A stretch of 64,000 bases of DNA from Thermoanaerobaculia bacterium. Its GTDB lineage: Bacteria; Acidobacteriota; Thermoanaerobaculia; UBA5066. A model generated the notes under the pieces. That model was not told where the DNA came from, ran no database searches, and worked only from the letters and a program-made list of their open reading frames with translations. Position numbers and translations under genes: made by a program. The first letter of the stretch is position 1. Each line of letters begins with the position of its first letter. The DNA is taken from contig CAVRAY010000001.1 in assembly GCA_963719225.1 (NCBI GenBank), forward strand, positions 3,104,001 through 3,168,000, read 5' to 3'. This document shows, in pieces, positions 36,805-46,864 of this stretch.

Positions 36805-38171
36805 AGAAAAGCAGACCTGTCCTCTGGGCCGAGGGAATGTTCCTTCGGCCGCATCACCTGCAGGCGGCGGAGCGATTCCGGGAGGAGGCGCTCCACGACG
36901 AGGTGCGGCGCATCCAGCCTTTCTTCTGGGGCGTCACGCGAATGGAGATCGCCGCGGACCAGCTCGAGAACTTCGTCTTCGAGCTGCGCGACATCGAGGC
37001 GAAGCTGAAGGACGGGTCCGTCCTCTCGGCCGGCTCGAACCTCCGGATCTTTCCGCGCCCGTTCAAGGTCGAGCTCGAGCAGGCGGGCGGCCGGATGGAC
37101 GTTTTCATCGGCGTGCCGGTCTTCCGGGAGGACGCGCCGAACACGTTCTTTCCCGGAGAGGACCGGCGGGGCCAGGACCGCCGCCTCACGGCCGAAGTCC
37201 TCGAGGTGCCGGACGAGAACACGGGCGCGAACCGCCAGCCCGTCGAGACGCGCCTCGTGAACGGGCGCCTCTTCTTCGGGAGCGAGACCCGGGACGGCTA
37301 CGAGTGCGTGCCCCTCGCGATCGTGGAGCGCTCGGGCCAGGGGAAGAACTTCCCGATCCTCTCGAAGGACTTCATCCCGCCCGTGACGGAGATCGGGGCG
37401 TCGACCGCGCTCCAGACCCTCTGCGAGTCGGTCACGAACAGGCTCGAGGCCAAACATCGGCTCGTCCTGACCGAGGTCGCCTCGGGGCGGCTGACGATCG
37501 AGTCGGAAGGGACGTCGGGCTGGCAGACGCTCATGAAGCTGAAGATCCTCGGCAGCTTCGTCTACATCCTCCAGCAGCTCACGCGGATCCCGCGCGTGCA
37601 TCCGTTCCCGGTCTACTGCGAGTTCGCGCGCCTGCTCGGAGACCTCGCCATCTTCGACGAGGGGCGAAGGCCCCTGAAGGTGCCACTTTACGACCATGAC
37701 CGCCTCGGCCCCTGCTTCTTCGACCTCTGCCACAACATCGAGCTGCTCACCGAGAAAGTCGTCGCCTCGCGCTTCATCAGGGTCGAGTTCGTCCTCAAGG
37801 ACGATCTTCTCGTCGCCGAGATGCAGCCCGAATGGTTCACGAGCGAGGCGGAGTTCTTCCTCTCCGTGGAGACGGAGCTGCCCGAGCGCGAGCTCAAGGA
37901 GCGGCTCAACACGATGAAGGTCGGCGCCGTGCACGACATCCCGCTGCTGCGGCAACGGCGCCTCTTCGGCCTCGACCTCGAGATGCTCAAGCGGATCCCG
38001 TCGGGGCTTCCGGCCGGAGACGACCACTACTACTTCACGATCGAGAAGGAAGGGATCTACTGGGCCAACGTGGTGAAGGAGCACGTGATGGCCGTCTCGG
38101 GCATGCTCGATCCGAAGCTCAGGTTCTTCCTCTATGTCGTTACCAAGCCGATGAGCGCGACCCGTGGATAG
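36801..38171 (+). CDS. tssK: T6SS baseplate subunit TssK
   Basis: VLWAEGMFLRPHHLQ, FFWGV, FIPP, HP..Y and YDHD..GPCF motifs. Confidence 0.95.
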   Translation: MKKSRPVLWAEGMFLRPHHLQAAERFREEALHDEVRRIQPFFWGVTRMEIAADQLENFVFELRDIEAKLKDGSVLSAGSNLRIFPRPFKVELEQAGGRMDVFIGVPVFREDAPNTFFPGEDRRGQDRRLTAEVLEVPDENTGANRQPVETRLVNGRLFFGSETRDGYECVPLAIVERSGQGKNFPILSKDFIPPVTEIGASTALQTLCESVTNRLEAKHRLVLTEVASGRLTIESEGTSGWQTLMKLKILGSFVYILQQLTRIPRVHPFPVYCEFARLLGDLAIFDEGRRPLKVPLYDHDRLGPCFFDLCHNIELLTEKVVASRFIRVEFVLKDDLLVAEMQPEWFTSEAEFFLSVETELPERELKERLNTMKVGAVHDIPLLRQRRLFGLDLEMLKRIPSGLPAGDDHYYFTIEKEGIYWANVVKEHVMAVSGMLDPKLRFFLYVVTKPMSATRG

Positions 38172-38862
38172 CAGCAACAGCACGACCGATCTCTTCCGGC
38201 TCTGCTCCCGCCTTTTCCTGTTCCTCAGCTCGTTCCGGCAGAAGGTCCGCCGCGGCGTGAAGCTCGAGCCCGACGCGGTCGCCGCCGACCTCGAGGAGAT
38301 CTTCGACGAGCAGGCGCGCAACGCCCGGAGCGACCCGCGCCTCGACGCGCTCTACGAGAAGGCGCGCTATCCGCTCGTCGTCCTCGCGGACGAGATCCTC
38401 CTCCATTCCGGCTGGGAACACAGCGCGGAATGGGAGCAGCGCATCTTCGAGGAGAAGTACTTCAAGACGAACATCGGCGGCGACCAGTTCTTCTCGATCG
38501 CCAAGGAGCTCCGTTCCGAGGACGTCGAGCTCGCGGCCATCGTCTTCACCGGCCTGGCGCTCGGGTTCCGCGGCAAGTACCGCGAGCGCCCCGAGAAGGC
38601 CATCGAGATCAAGAACCGCGTCTACCGCCTCCTGGCGGAATACCTCGCGGACGTCGGCGACAAGATCACGCCCGAGGCGTACCACGTCACGGCGGCCCCG
38701 GCGCGCAAGCTCTCGCCCGCGATCACCCTCGCGCGCGTGGCGATCGTCGGCGTGGGAATCCTCTTCCTCTACTACGCGATCACGTGGCTCATGTGGGCCC
38801 GCTCGGTCGACGACCTCCGGACGGTCGTGCAATCCATGGGCCTCGCGATGGGGCTGATGTAG
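38164..38862 (+). CDS. tssL: T6SS TssL/DotU, without an OmpA extension
   Basis: LADE...W...GGDQFF...LALGFRGKY; single C-terminal TM. Confidence 0.92.
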   Translation: MDSSNSTTDLFRLCSRLFLFLSSFRQKVRRGVKLEPDAVAADLEEIFDEQARNARSDPRLDALYEKARYPLVVLADEILLHSGWEHSAEWEQRIFEEKYFKTNIGGDQFFSIAKELRSEDVELAAIVFTGLALGFRGKYRERPEKAIEIKNRVYRLLAEYLADVGDKITPEAYHVTAAPARKLSPAITLARVAIVGVGILFLYYAITWLMWARSVDDLRTVVQSMGLAMGLM

Positions 38863-38866
38863 AGCC

Positions 38867-41800
38867 ATGCAGGAGTTCCTTCAGCTCCTCCAGGGGCTTC
38901 CGCGGCCGCTCAAGTACCTCGGCGCCGCCATCCTGTTCATCCCGCTGGGCTACTTCCTCATCAACCTTCTCGGGCTCCAGAAATACTGGTGGCTCTTCCT
39001 GCTCGGCCTCCTCCTCATCGTGGTGGCCATCATCGTCTTCGAGCAGATTCGCAAGGGCCGGGAAAAGCAGAAGGGCGCGGCGTTCGAGGGAGAGCTCCGG
39101 AAAGACTCGCAGTCCGGCGGCGCATCGCGGGAAGAGGTGCGCGAGGCCCTGAAGGACCTTTCGGCCAAGTGGCTGGAGGCGGTCCAGAATCTCAAGGCCG
39201 CCGGACTCGACATCTACTCGCTGCCCTGGTACCTCCTGATCGGGGAGCCGCAGTCGGGAAAGAGCACGACCCTCAAGAACTCGGGGCTGGAGTTCCCCGT
39301 GGGCGGGGACGCGCTCTCGGGAGCCGGCGGGACGCGCAACTGCGACTGGTGGTTCGCGAACGAGGCGGTCATCCTCGACACGGCCGGGCGCTTCACGTTC
39401 CAGGAGGAAGCCGCTCCCGACGCTTCGGAGTGGTCGAGCTTCCTCAAGCTCCTGAGAAAGCACAGGCCTTACTGCCCCATCAACGGCGTCCTCGTCGTCA
39501 TTCCGGCGACGTCGCTCCTCGAGGACACCCCGGAAGAGCAGGACAAGAAGGCGCAGAACGTCCGGGCGAAGCTGATCCACATCCAGCGGCTCCTCGACAT
39601 CCGGTTCCCGATCTTCTTCCTGATCACCAAGGCCGACCGCGCGCTCGGCTTCTCCGAGTTCTTCACGAAGCTCGACCCGGTCGAGCAGCGACAGCTCTTC
39701 GGCTGGTCGAATCCCGCCGGCCCCGAGAAGCCGTACGAGCCGAACGTCGTGGATGCGGCCTGGGACCAGATCGTCACGCGCGTCCACAAGCTCCGGCTGA
39801 AGTTCCTCTCGGGCGAGGAAAACGCCGCGAACGCCGACCGGTTCATCGTCTTCCCGGAGGAGCTGCGCGCCCTGAAAGAGCCGGTCCGGCGCTATCTCGA
39901 CGGCATCCTCACGCAGAGCCGTTACGACGAGCCGTTCGTCTTCCGCGGGTTCTACATCTCGAGCGGCGTCCAGCAGGGCAAGCCGATCGCGCAGGCCACG
40001 CGCGACCTTCTCAAGGGTCCGTCGGGCACCCAGGGCGACATCATCGAGAGCCTCGAGAACATCTTCAAGAAATCGCGCGCCTTCTTCATCAAGGACTTCT
40101 ACGAGAAGAAGGTCTTCCCGGAGCAGGGCCTCGTCGTGCGGACGCGCGCGGCCGCCGAGCGCGAGAAGAAGACCACGCTCGTCTTCCGGATCCTGACGTG
40201 GGCGATCCTGCCGCTGATCATCCTGACGATGATTCCGGCGTTCCTGTCGCTCCGCCGGATCCTGAACCCGATCCGGACGCACGCCGCGCAGGCGCAGGCC
40301 TGCATGAAGCAGCCCTGCTCGATCGCCCAGAAGTACGAGCTGACCCGGCTCCTCTACGAGGACCGCGTCGGCCTCGGCCGGCACCCGTTCCTGCTCGGCC
40401 TCTTCCTGAGGGGGGCGAAGTCGAACGAGATCCACACGCTCCTCGCGACCGTCCAGCAGAAGCTTTTCTTCGACGGAGTCGTCCGGCCGCTCCTCAAGGA
40501 GTCCGAGGCGCGGATGGCCGCGTTGAACTGGGAGACCTTCTCCGACTACTCCGCCTTCTTCGGCGCGCTTCAGAGCTTCCTGTCGTGGCGGGGCTTCGAC
40601 CAGTCCCTCAAGAAGGCGGACGGTACGGACGCCTTCCGCGCGGAGGACCTGCGTCTCCTCGGCCTCGTCAACTTCGCCCAGAAGACGAAGGGGATCACGG
40701 GGAGCGAGTACGCCGCCGAAATCGACGAGTGGGCCGCCCAGATCACGCCGGCCGATCCGAGGCCGGACCAGTTCGTCACGCAGCTCGCGCGCGGGCGCAC
40801 GGCGGGCGACCTGAAAGTCGCCGTCCCCGATCCGAGCCGTCCGATCGACACGTTCGAGCGGTACTGGACCGTGGCGAACCTCGCGCGCTGGGACTGGAAG
40901 CTCATGAAGGGGCTCGAGGAATGGGTCCGGCTCTACACCTCTCTCACGGGGATCGTCGATCCGCAGCAGGCGAGCTACCTGAAGCGCGCTGCCGACACGG
41001 GCAAGCAGTTCAAGGCGAACTACGAGGCCCTGAGCAAGCACCTCGAGACCCCGCGTCCGGGAGAGAGGGGATTCCCGGGGGCGAACGTCGAGCAGTGGCA
41101 GCGCTACCTGACCGAGTCCTACGCGCACCTCCTGACGTTCGGTCCGCCCGCCGCCTCCGCACCGGCCGCTCCCGCGACCGCCGCGACCGCGCCCGCGACG
41201 ACCGCCGGCAGCGTCGCGCCGCCTCCTCTCCCGGCTCTGCCTCCGCCTTCCCTCCCCGGCGGGACGATCGCGGCGACCTTCCACCCCGCTGCGCAGACGC
41301 GCGTCAACACGTCGAAGCTCCAGGAGCTGATCGGGCGCCTTCAAGTCGACTCCGCGAATCTGGGGGCGCAGAAGAGCGGCTTCGCGTTCCTTCTCGACGA
41401 GACCTCGATCCCCGGAAAGACGAAGCTCGCGAACCCGACCGTTCTCGTCAGCGGACTGCTCTCCGACGTCGCCGGCTACGCGGACCTCGAGGCTTTCCGG
41501 GCGACCGACGACGGGAAGATCCTGACCCAGGTGAACACGATCTCCTCCCTCGACGGCAAGAAGCAGAAGCTCGAGGAATGGCAGAAGCGGCAGGAGGATT
41601 CGAAGAACGCGGCCGTCGCGAAGGCGCCCGATTTCGAGAGGGCGAATCCGGACCCGCGTTTCCGCGCGGGCGAGGTCGTTCCCTTCGCGCGAAGGACCGC
41701 GGAGCTCGCGCTCCTCGCGCGCGTGCTTCCGCCGGTTCAGGAGTTCCTGACGGCGTCCATCGGCTCGAGCTGCAACCCCGCCATCTGCTTCCAGAAGCCC

Positions 41801-43252
41801 TTCACGCAGATGATGATTCCCTACGGGAACGGAGTCGTCTCGCTCGCCGAGAGGCAGACGAACGCGCTCGCCCGCGACGACGCGAAGAACGAAGTCAAGG
41901 CGCTGTCCCAGGGCGAGATCGAGTACCTTCAGCGCTTCCTCGACGCCACGGGGGCTCCGGTGAGGTCGGGAGGCGGCGGATTCTCGATCCCGTCATCCGC
42001 GCTGACCGCCCGCGCCTGGCGCAACTTCCAGATCGCCGTCGGGACGTGGAGTCCGGGCGGAGGAGGAGGCGGGGGCGGCGCGCCCGACCAGGCCGGACAG
42101 CTGACGCTCGCCGATCTGCAGGGCTTCGTCCAGACGAACGCGAACCTCAACCCCATCATCGGTTATTACAAGAGCCGCTTCGAGGCGCGCGTTTCGGCGA
42201 AGCCGGCCGTGATTCCCGACTACCTCCTCGCCGCCGCCGAGACCTTCAAGAAAACCGTCGGCGCTCTCGGCGACAAGGACGAGCTGAGGTCGTGGAAACA
42301 GCTCGCGACGGGAGGCGAAGGAGCGACCCTCAGGGGATGGCACGCGTTCACGGGCGACCTCAGGATCCGAGGAGGCCGGTACGGCCGGTCGCTGAAGAGC
42401 CTCGAGGACCGGGGCGCCAACCTGATCAAGACGGCGATCGAGCCGCAGTTCAATCCCAAGTGGGACGCCCTTTACCAGAGGCTCGCGTCCTGCTGCTCCG
42501 GACAGTTCCCCTTCATCACGGAGAGCCGCCTGAAGCAGCAGCGTGCGGAGTACGCGGCCGAGGTCGTTTCGGGCGGCCTGTCGCTCCGCCGCAACCTCCC
42601 CACGATCGGGCAGGCCGACGTCCTCGGTGTTCTCACGGAAGTCGGCATCCTCTCCGACGAATACGCCGTCGACCCGCTCCTCACCGGCGGCGAGCCGTCC
42701 TTCGACTTCATCCTCCAGAACCGGGGCTCCCTGGCGGTGGCCCGGGGCTGGCAGCGCTTCATCGCCGGCGCCAGCGCTGCCTCCTCTGCCTCCCTTGCCG
42801 GCAAGCCGGGAGGACCCGGCGGGCGCGAAATCAGCGTCCTCGCCCTCGACCGCGAACCCGGCCCGGGACGCCGTTCGTTGAAAGACCGCGTTTCGCAGAT
42901 CACGCTCTTCGACCGGGGGGTGATCCTGCGGCCATCGACGGACATCAAGTCGCAGCGGATCCCGCCGCCTTTCGTCTGGCGGCTCAGCTCCGCCGATGCC
43001 CTTCTCACGATCAGCGGCCGCAACGAGCAGACCGGCGAAGGGGGATGGACGAGCACCTACGAGGTGAGCGGCGGACCCCTGAAGCTCTTCTACTTCATCC
43101 GTCTCGCGAGCGAGAGGCGAACCGACCTGTCGGACCCCAAGGTATGGACGATTCGCGTCCAGATCCCGGATGGGAAGAACCCGCGGGAGCTTCTCGAAGG
43201 GGCTTTCGAGGTCCGCCTCGACGAGCCGATGCCTCCCATGCTCCCGAACTGA
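38867..43252 (+). CDS. tssM: T6SS membrane subunit TssM/IcmF
   Basis: Two TM; LPWYLLIGEPQSGKST; DWWF; DTAG; PINGVL; TKAD; FRGFY; third TM; late FPF motif. Confidence 0.92.
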   Translation: MQEFLQLLQGLPRPLKYLGAAILFIPLGYFLINLLGLQKYWWLFLLGLLLIVVAIIVFEQIRKGREKQKGAAFEGELRKDSQSGGASREEVREALKDLSAKWLEAVQNLKAAGLDIYSLPWYLLIGEPQSGKSTTLKNSGLEFPVGGDALSGAGGTRNCDWWFANEAVILDTAGRFTFQEEAAPDASEWSSFLKLLRKHRPYCPINGVLVVIPATSLLEDTPEEQDKKAQNVRAKLIHIQRLLDIRFPIFFLITKADRALGFSEFFTKLDPVEQRQLFGWSNPAGPEKPYEPNVVDAAWDQIVTRVHKLRLKFLSGEENAANADRFIVFPEELRALKEPVRRYLDGILTQSRYDEPFVFRGFYISSGVQQGKPIAQATRDLLKGPSGTQGDIIESLENIFKKSRAFFIKDFYEKKVFPEQGLVVRTRAAAEREKKTTLVFRILTWAILPLIILTMIPAFLSLRRILNPIRTHAAQAQACMKQPCSIAQKYELTRLLYEDRVGLGRHPFLLGLFLRGAKSNEIHTLLATVQQKLFFDGVVRPLLKESEARMAALNWETFSDYSAFFGALQSFLSWRGFDQSLKKADGTDAFRAEDLRLLGLVNFAQKTKGITGSEYAAEIDEWAAQITPADPRPDQFVTQLARGRTAGDLKVAVPDPSRPIDTFERYWTVANLARWDWKLMKGLEEWVRLYTSLTGIVDPQQASYLKRAADTGKQFKANYEALSKHLETPRPGERGFPGANVEQWQRYLTESYAHLLTFGPPAASAPAAPATAATAPATTAGSVAPPPLPALPPPSLPGGTIAATFHPAAQTRVNTSKLQELIGRLQVDSANLGAQKSGFAFLLDETSIPGKTKLANPTVLVSGLLSDVAGYADLEAFRATDDGKILTQVNTISSLDGKKQKLEEWQKRQEDSKNAAVAKAPDFERANPDPRFRAGEVVPFARRTAELALLARVLPPVQEFLTASIGSSCNPAICFQKPFTQMMIPYGNGVVSLAERQTNALARDDAKNEVKALSQGEIEYLQRFLDATGAPVRSGGGGFSIPSSALTARAWRNFQIAVGTWSPGGGGGGGGAPDQAGQLTLADLQGFVQTNANLNPIIGYYKSRFEARVSAKPAVIPDYLLAAAETFKKTVGALGDKDELRSWKQLATGGEGATLRGWHAFTGDLRIRGGRYGRSLKSLEDRGANLIKTAIEPQFNPKWDALYQRLASCCSGQFPFITESRLKQQRAEYAAEVVSGGLSLRRNLPTIGQADVLGVLTEVGILSDEYAVDPLLTGGEPSFDFILQNRGSLAVARGWQRFIAGASAASSASLAGKPGGPGGREISVLALDREPGPGRRSLKDRVSQITLFDRGVILRPSTDIKSQRIPPPFVWRLSSADALLTISGRNEQTGEGGWTSTYEVSGGPLKLFYFIRLASERRTDLSDPKVWTIRVQIPDGKNPRELLEGAFEVRLDEPMPPMLPN

Positions 43253-43271
43253 AGGTTCCCGAGAGCGTCCC

Positions 43272-44693
43272 GTGGGCTTCCTGTCCCGATTTCGCAAACC
43301 CTCGGCGGACGATCCCCCCGCGATGGAGTCCTGGCCTCTCTTCGCGTTCGGAAAGCTTCCCGTCTACAAGGACTTCATCTCGGCGGGACTCACCGACGAC
43401 GTCTCGCGCGAATTCCGCGACTGGCTGTCCAACGGATTCAGCCGCCACTGGTCGTCCCGCGACGACTGCCGTTCCGAGCAGATTCCCCTTCACGCCTTCC
43501 TGCTCCGCCTGCCTCAGAGCCGCAAGCTGGCCGTCGGCGCGCTCTGGGGAAGCACGGATCAGGGAGGTCTCAGGAAGTTTCCGTTCGCCCTCTTCACGAT
43601 CCTGCCAGCCGGGAAGCCCGCGGCGTCCGTGCTGGCGGCCCTCGACTATCTGCCCGTCTTCGAAAACCGCGCCCGGGAGATCCGTCGGAAGTACGACGCG
43701 GGAGGCTCGCTCGCGGCGGTCTATCAGGAGCTGCGCGGAGCCTCGATCCAGATTCCCGTCCGGAAAGACGAGCAGATCCGCGCGCGCCTCGCGGAGGCGC
43801 TCGGGCGCGCACGCGTCGGAGATCTCGCGACGGCCCTCTTCGGTGAAGACGCGGAAGCACGGTGGGCCGCCCTGCTTAACGGTCTCGATGCGGCGGCGCG
43901 AAGTCCGACGGCCGGGGCCGCGGCATTCCGCTTCCCGCTTGCCGACGAAACCGCCCCCCTCCATCAACTGCAGCTCTGGACGGTCAGGCTGATGAAGGGC
44001 TCGCCCGCCGGAGCAGCTCCGACCGGCGTGCTCTATCGGATCGGAGGCGACGTGCCGAGCGGCGTGATCTTCTTCCGCGACGCGAGAGCGGAGGACATCC
44101 TCCTCTTTCACCCGGCCGCGATTCCGACCGATTTCGTCGAGGAGATCCCGAAATCCACCGCGCCACTCACGGTGATTCCGCCGGCGGTCGAGGAGATTCT
44201 CCGGCTCGGAGCGGCCGCCGGGACCGAAACCGCCGACGCCCGGCCGGCTCCCGTTCCCGCAGCGGCCACGCGGGATGCCATTCCCGAGGCGCCGGCCGTT
44301 CTGGAAAATGCAGCCGCGCCGGAGGCGCCCGCAGTCCAGGCGACTCCGGTCGCTCCCGAGCCGCCCGCCGCTCCGGAACCTCCTGCGACCCCGGAACCGT
44401 CCGCCGCTCCCGAACCATCTTCGACTCCGGAACCGTCTGCGGCTCCGCAACCGCCCACGCCTCCTGAACCCGCACCCTTTCCGGAGCCATCCGTCGCTCC
44501 CGAGCCGCCCGCCGCTCCCGAACCGGCGCCCGCTCCCGAACCGCCGGCCGCTCCGATCGCCGCCGATTCCACCGCCGAAGCGCTTCCGCCCTCGCCATCG
44601 ACGCCCCCCGCCGAACCACCGCCGATCGCCATCACTCGGCCCGCGACCGCGGGCTGGGATTCGCCGCTCGCCACGCTACTCGAGAGCGGCTGA
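43272..44693 (+). CDS. tagF: TagF/ImpM-like protein with a long Pro/Glu/Ala repeat tail
   Basis: FGKLP...DF and S.D..G.R.FPF motifs; immediately follows tssM. Confidence 0.75.
   Translation: MGFLSRFRKPSADDPPAMESWPLFAFGKLPVYKDFISAGLTDDVSREFRDWLSNGFSRHWSSRDDCRSEQIPLHAFLLRLPQSRKLAVGALWGSTDQGGLRKFPFALFTILPAGKPAASVLAALDYLPVFENRAREIRRKYDAGGSLAAVYQELRGASIQIPVRKDEQIRARLAEALGRARVGDLATALFGEDAEARWAALLNGLDAAARSPTAGAAAFRFPLADETAPLHQLQLWTVRLMKGSPAGAAPTGVLYRIGGDVPSGVIFFRDARAEDILLFHPAAIPTDFVEEIPKSTAPLTVIPPAVEEILRLGAAAGTETADARPAPVPAAATRDAIPEAPAVLENAAAPEAPAVQATPVAPEPPAAPEPPATPEPSAAPEPSSTPEPSAAPQPPTPPEPAPFPEPSVAPEPPAAPEPAPAPEPPAAPIAADSTAEALPPSPSTPPAEPPPIAITRPATAGWDSPLATLLESG
44352..44549 (+). repeat. Coding 18-bp tandem repeat, about 11 degenerate APEPPA units
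   Basis: gctcccgagccgcccgcc-like units inside tagF. Confidence 0.8.
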
Positions 44694-44801
44694 ACCCGCT
44701 CCTCGTCCACCCGGGGGCGGGGAAATCCACCGCAACTTCCGTCCTCTTGACCCACGGCATATGATTCGCACTCTCGACGAAAGGGGTGAAAGGAAAAAGC
44801 C

Positions 44802-45287
44802 ATGGCACTCGTCGACATGTTCCTGAAGCTGGACGGCGTGGACGGCGAGAGCCCGGATCCCGAGCACAAGAGCGAAATCCAGATCGCCGGCTTTCGCCTG
44901 AGCGCGTTGAGCCCTCGCGACGCCTTCACGAACCAGGCCACCGGCAAGGTCCGGATGTCGCACTTGACGATCAAAGCGAAGATCGACAAGTCGACTCCGA
45001 AGCTCTTCACGAAGATCAAGGCAAACGAAAAGATCCCGACCGCGACCTTGTCGTGCCGCAAGGCGGGCAAGGAGCAGTTCGAGTACTTCAAGATCACGCT
45101 CACGGAGGTCCTCGTCGTGAAGGTCGAGGCGGGCGACCTCGGCGAGGGCGGCGGCGACGACGTGATTCCGACGTGCGAGTTCGACCTCGCATACGGACAG
45201 ATCGAGATGAAGGCGATGGAGCAGACGTCGCGTGGTCCGACGTCGGGGCCCGTGGTGTTCAACTTCAACCTGATGTCGAACGCGTGA
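44802..45287 (+). CDS. hcp: Hcp tube protein, divergent copy
   Basis: MFLKLDGVDGES.D..HK.EI...DKSTPKL...RKAG..Q.EY. Confidence 0.92.
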   Translation: MALVDMFLKLDGVDGESPDPEHKSEIQIAGFRLSALSPRDAFTNQATGKVRMSHLTIKAKIDKSTPKLFTKIKANEKIPTATLSCRKAGKEQFEYFKITLTEVLVVKVEAGDLGEGGGDDVIPTCEFDLAYGQIEMKAMEQTSRGPTSGPVVFNFNLMSNA

Positions 45288-45490
45288 GAGATTCTGTGAC
45301 GTGCCTCCACGCGCAGCACGATCGTTGCGAATCCTTGATGATAGACGTCACGCGTCTGTCGGAGCGAGGTTGAATTTCGCCATGCGCGACCTATGTTTGC
45401 TACCGAGAACGAGCCGCGATCGGGACGTTGTCAACGGGATCACGAAAAAGAGCACGACATCCACCGCACCCGGATGAAAGGAGCAGCCAA

Positions 45491-45979
45491 ATGGCATTAG
45501 TCGACTATTTTCTGAAACTCAACGGAATCGACGGCGAGAGCAAGGACGAAAAACACAAGAACGAGATCGAGCTCGAATCCTGGTCGTGGGGCGAGGCCAA
45601 CACGAGCACCGGCCACTCGGGAGGCGGACACGGGGCCGGGAAGGTCAACGGCCAGGACTTTCACTTCGTGATGAAGGTCAACAAAGCCTCGCCGAAGCTG
45701 ATGCTCGCGTGCGCCGACGGGCACCACATCCCCGACGCCACTTTGGTGGCCCGCAAGGCGGGAAAGGGCCAGCACGACTTCCTGAAATACAAGTTCACCG
45801 ACGTCTTCGTCTCCAGCTTCCAGACGGGAGGCTCGGGACACGGCGACATCCTCCCGGTCGACCAGATCTCGATGGGCTACGCCAAGATGGAGGTGGAGTA
45901 CAAGGAGCAGAATCAGGACGGTTCTCTCGGCGGCTCGACCAAGGCGGGCTACAACTTCCAGACGAACAAGGCGCTCTGA
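45491..45979 (+). CDS. hcp: Hcp tube protein, canonical copy
   Basis: YFLKLNGIDGESKD..HK.EI..SWSWG...GGG.GAGKV...KASPKL; AAAGGAG SD. Confidence 0.95.
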   Translation: MALVDYFLKLNGIDGESKDEKHKNEIELESWSWGEANTSTGHSGGGHGAGKVNGQDFHFVMKVNKASPKLMLACADGHHIPDATLVARKAGKGQHDFLKYKFTDVFVSSFQTGGSGHGDILPVDQISMGYAKMEVEYKEQNQDGSLGGSTKAGYNFQTNKAL

Positions 45980-46010
45980 GCTTCCTCGAACCGCTCTCGC
46001 CCACATCCGC

Positions 46011-46047
46011 GAAGACCCTCGCCGTCCGGCGAGGGTCTTCTTCTTTT
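46011..46047 (+). terminator. Rho-independent terminator after the second hcp
   Basis: 13-bp perfect stem GAAGACCCTCGCC-GTCC-GGCGAGGGTCTTC followed by TTCTTTT. Confidence 0.85.
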
Positions 46048-46051
46048 GCGC

Positions 46052-46864
46052 TCAGCTGACGGCGGCGGGGGGCGACGGGAGGAACTCGACCTGCCGGGCC
46101 TCGAACAGCGCCACGTCGTCTTCGTCCGTCTGGAACGTCTTGAGCCCAGCGCCACGGGACAGGTCGTCCGACAGCGCGATCCAGGAGGTCATCCTCCCGA
46201 GCCGAAGCTGGTCGTCCGCATTCCGGCACGTCCCTTCGTAGAGGGCCGGCAGGTAAACGTCGCCGACCGTGCCGTCCAGGGCTTCCACCTTCGCGCGCGC
46301 CCAGACGAGGTCCCGGAGCTTCGACGGCGGGGTGACCTCCATGCGGCGGATCTGCTCGAACGGGAGCCACGCGTACTTGTCCTTGACGATGAGCTCCAGG
46401 ACGGGCCCGATCACGTCGTCCGAGTCGCGAAAATCGCCGAAAGGCCTGCCGTTCAGAGTGCCGGACAGCGCCGGGCGCTCCTCTTCGGCCCGGTCGAGGA
46501 GCTCCCGGGCCTCGGCGAAGCTCCCTTCGCGGATCCGGTTGATCGCCTCCAGGTGCCGGTCGACGTAGGGCGGCGGCTCGTTCAGGAAGTGGGGATGGAG
46601 GCCCTCCGAGAAGAGGCGCTGCCGCAGCCGCTCGGCCTGGATGTTCGACTGGTAGACGAGGACGGCGAGCGCCTCGTTCGGGCCCGCCTGCCCGAGGACC
46701 TCGATCTGCTTCTGCGCCCGATCCCATTCGCCGGCGAACGAGAGGAGCTCGAACAGGAAAATGCGCGCCGGGGCGTCCGCCGGGTTCGCGCGGACCTCGG
46801 CGGTGAGGGCCTGGATCGCCGCCTGGAGTTGACCGGCCTGATAGAGTTCGCGTGGTGTCGGCAT
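46052..46864 (-). CDS. tagJ: ImpE/SciE/TagJ family T6SS accessory protein
   Basis: VRANPAD...LFELL...GEWDRA..Q...DSD...GPVLE...Y.WLPF...LRDLVW...LRLGR.T.W. Confidence 0.92.
   Translation of the reverse strand: MPTPRELYQAGQLQAAIQALTAEVRANPADAPARIFLFELLSFAGEWDRAQKQIEVLGQAGPNEALAVLVYQSNIQAERLRQRLFSEGLHPHFLNEPPPYVDRHLEAINRIREGSFAEARELLDRAEEERPALSGTLNGRPFGDFRDSDDVIGPVLELIVKDKYAWLPFEQIRRMEVTPPSKLRDLVWARAKVEALDGTVGDVYLPALYEGTCRNADDQLRLGRMTSWIALSDDLSRGAGLKTFQTDEDDVALFEARQVEFLPSPPAAVS

Noticed and set aside
38989-43992. 1667-aa ORF overlapping tssM
   Set aside because: Low-complexity Arg/Pro/Ala shadow frame with no recognisable motifs.
44352-44549. Tandem repeats as a possible CRISPR array
   Set aside because: In-frame 18-bp coding units with no spacers, and no cas genes in the window.
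45314-45329. Sigma54-like site CAGCACGATCGTTGCG upstream of the second hcp
   Set aside because: Lacks the essential GG at -24; the similar site near 46937 also matches poorly.
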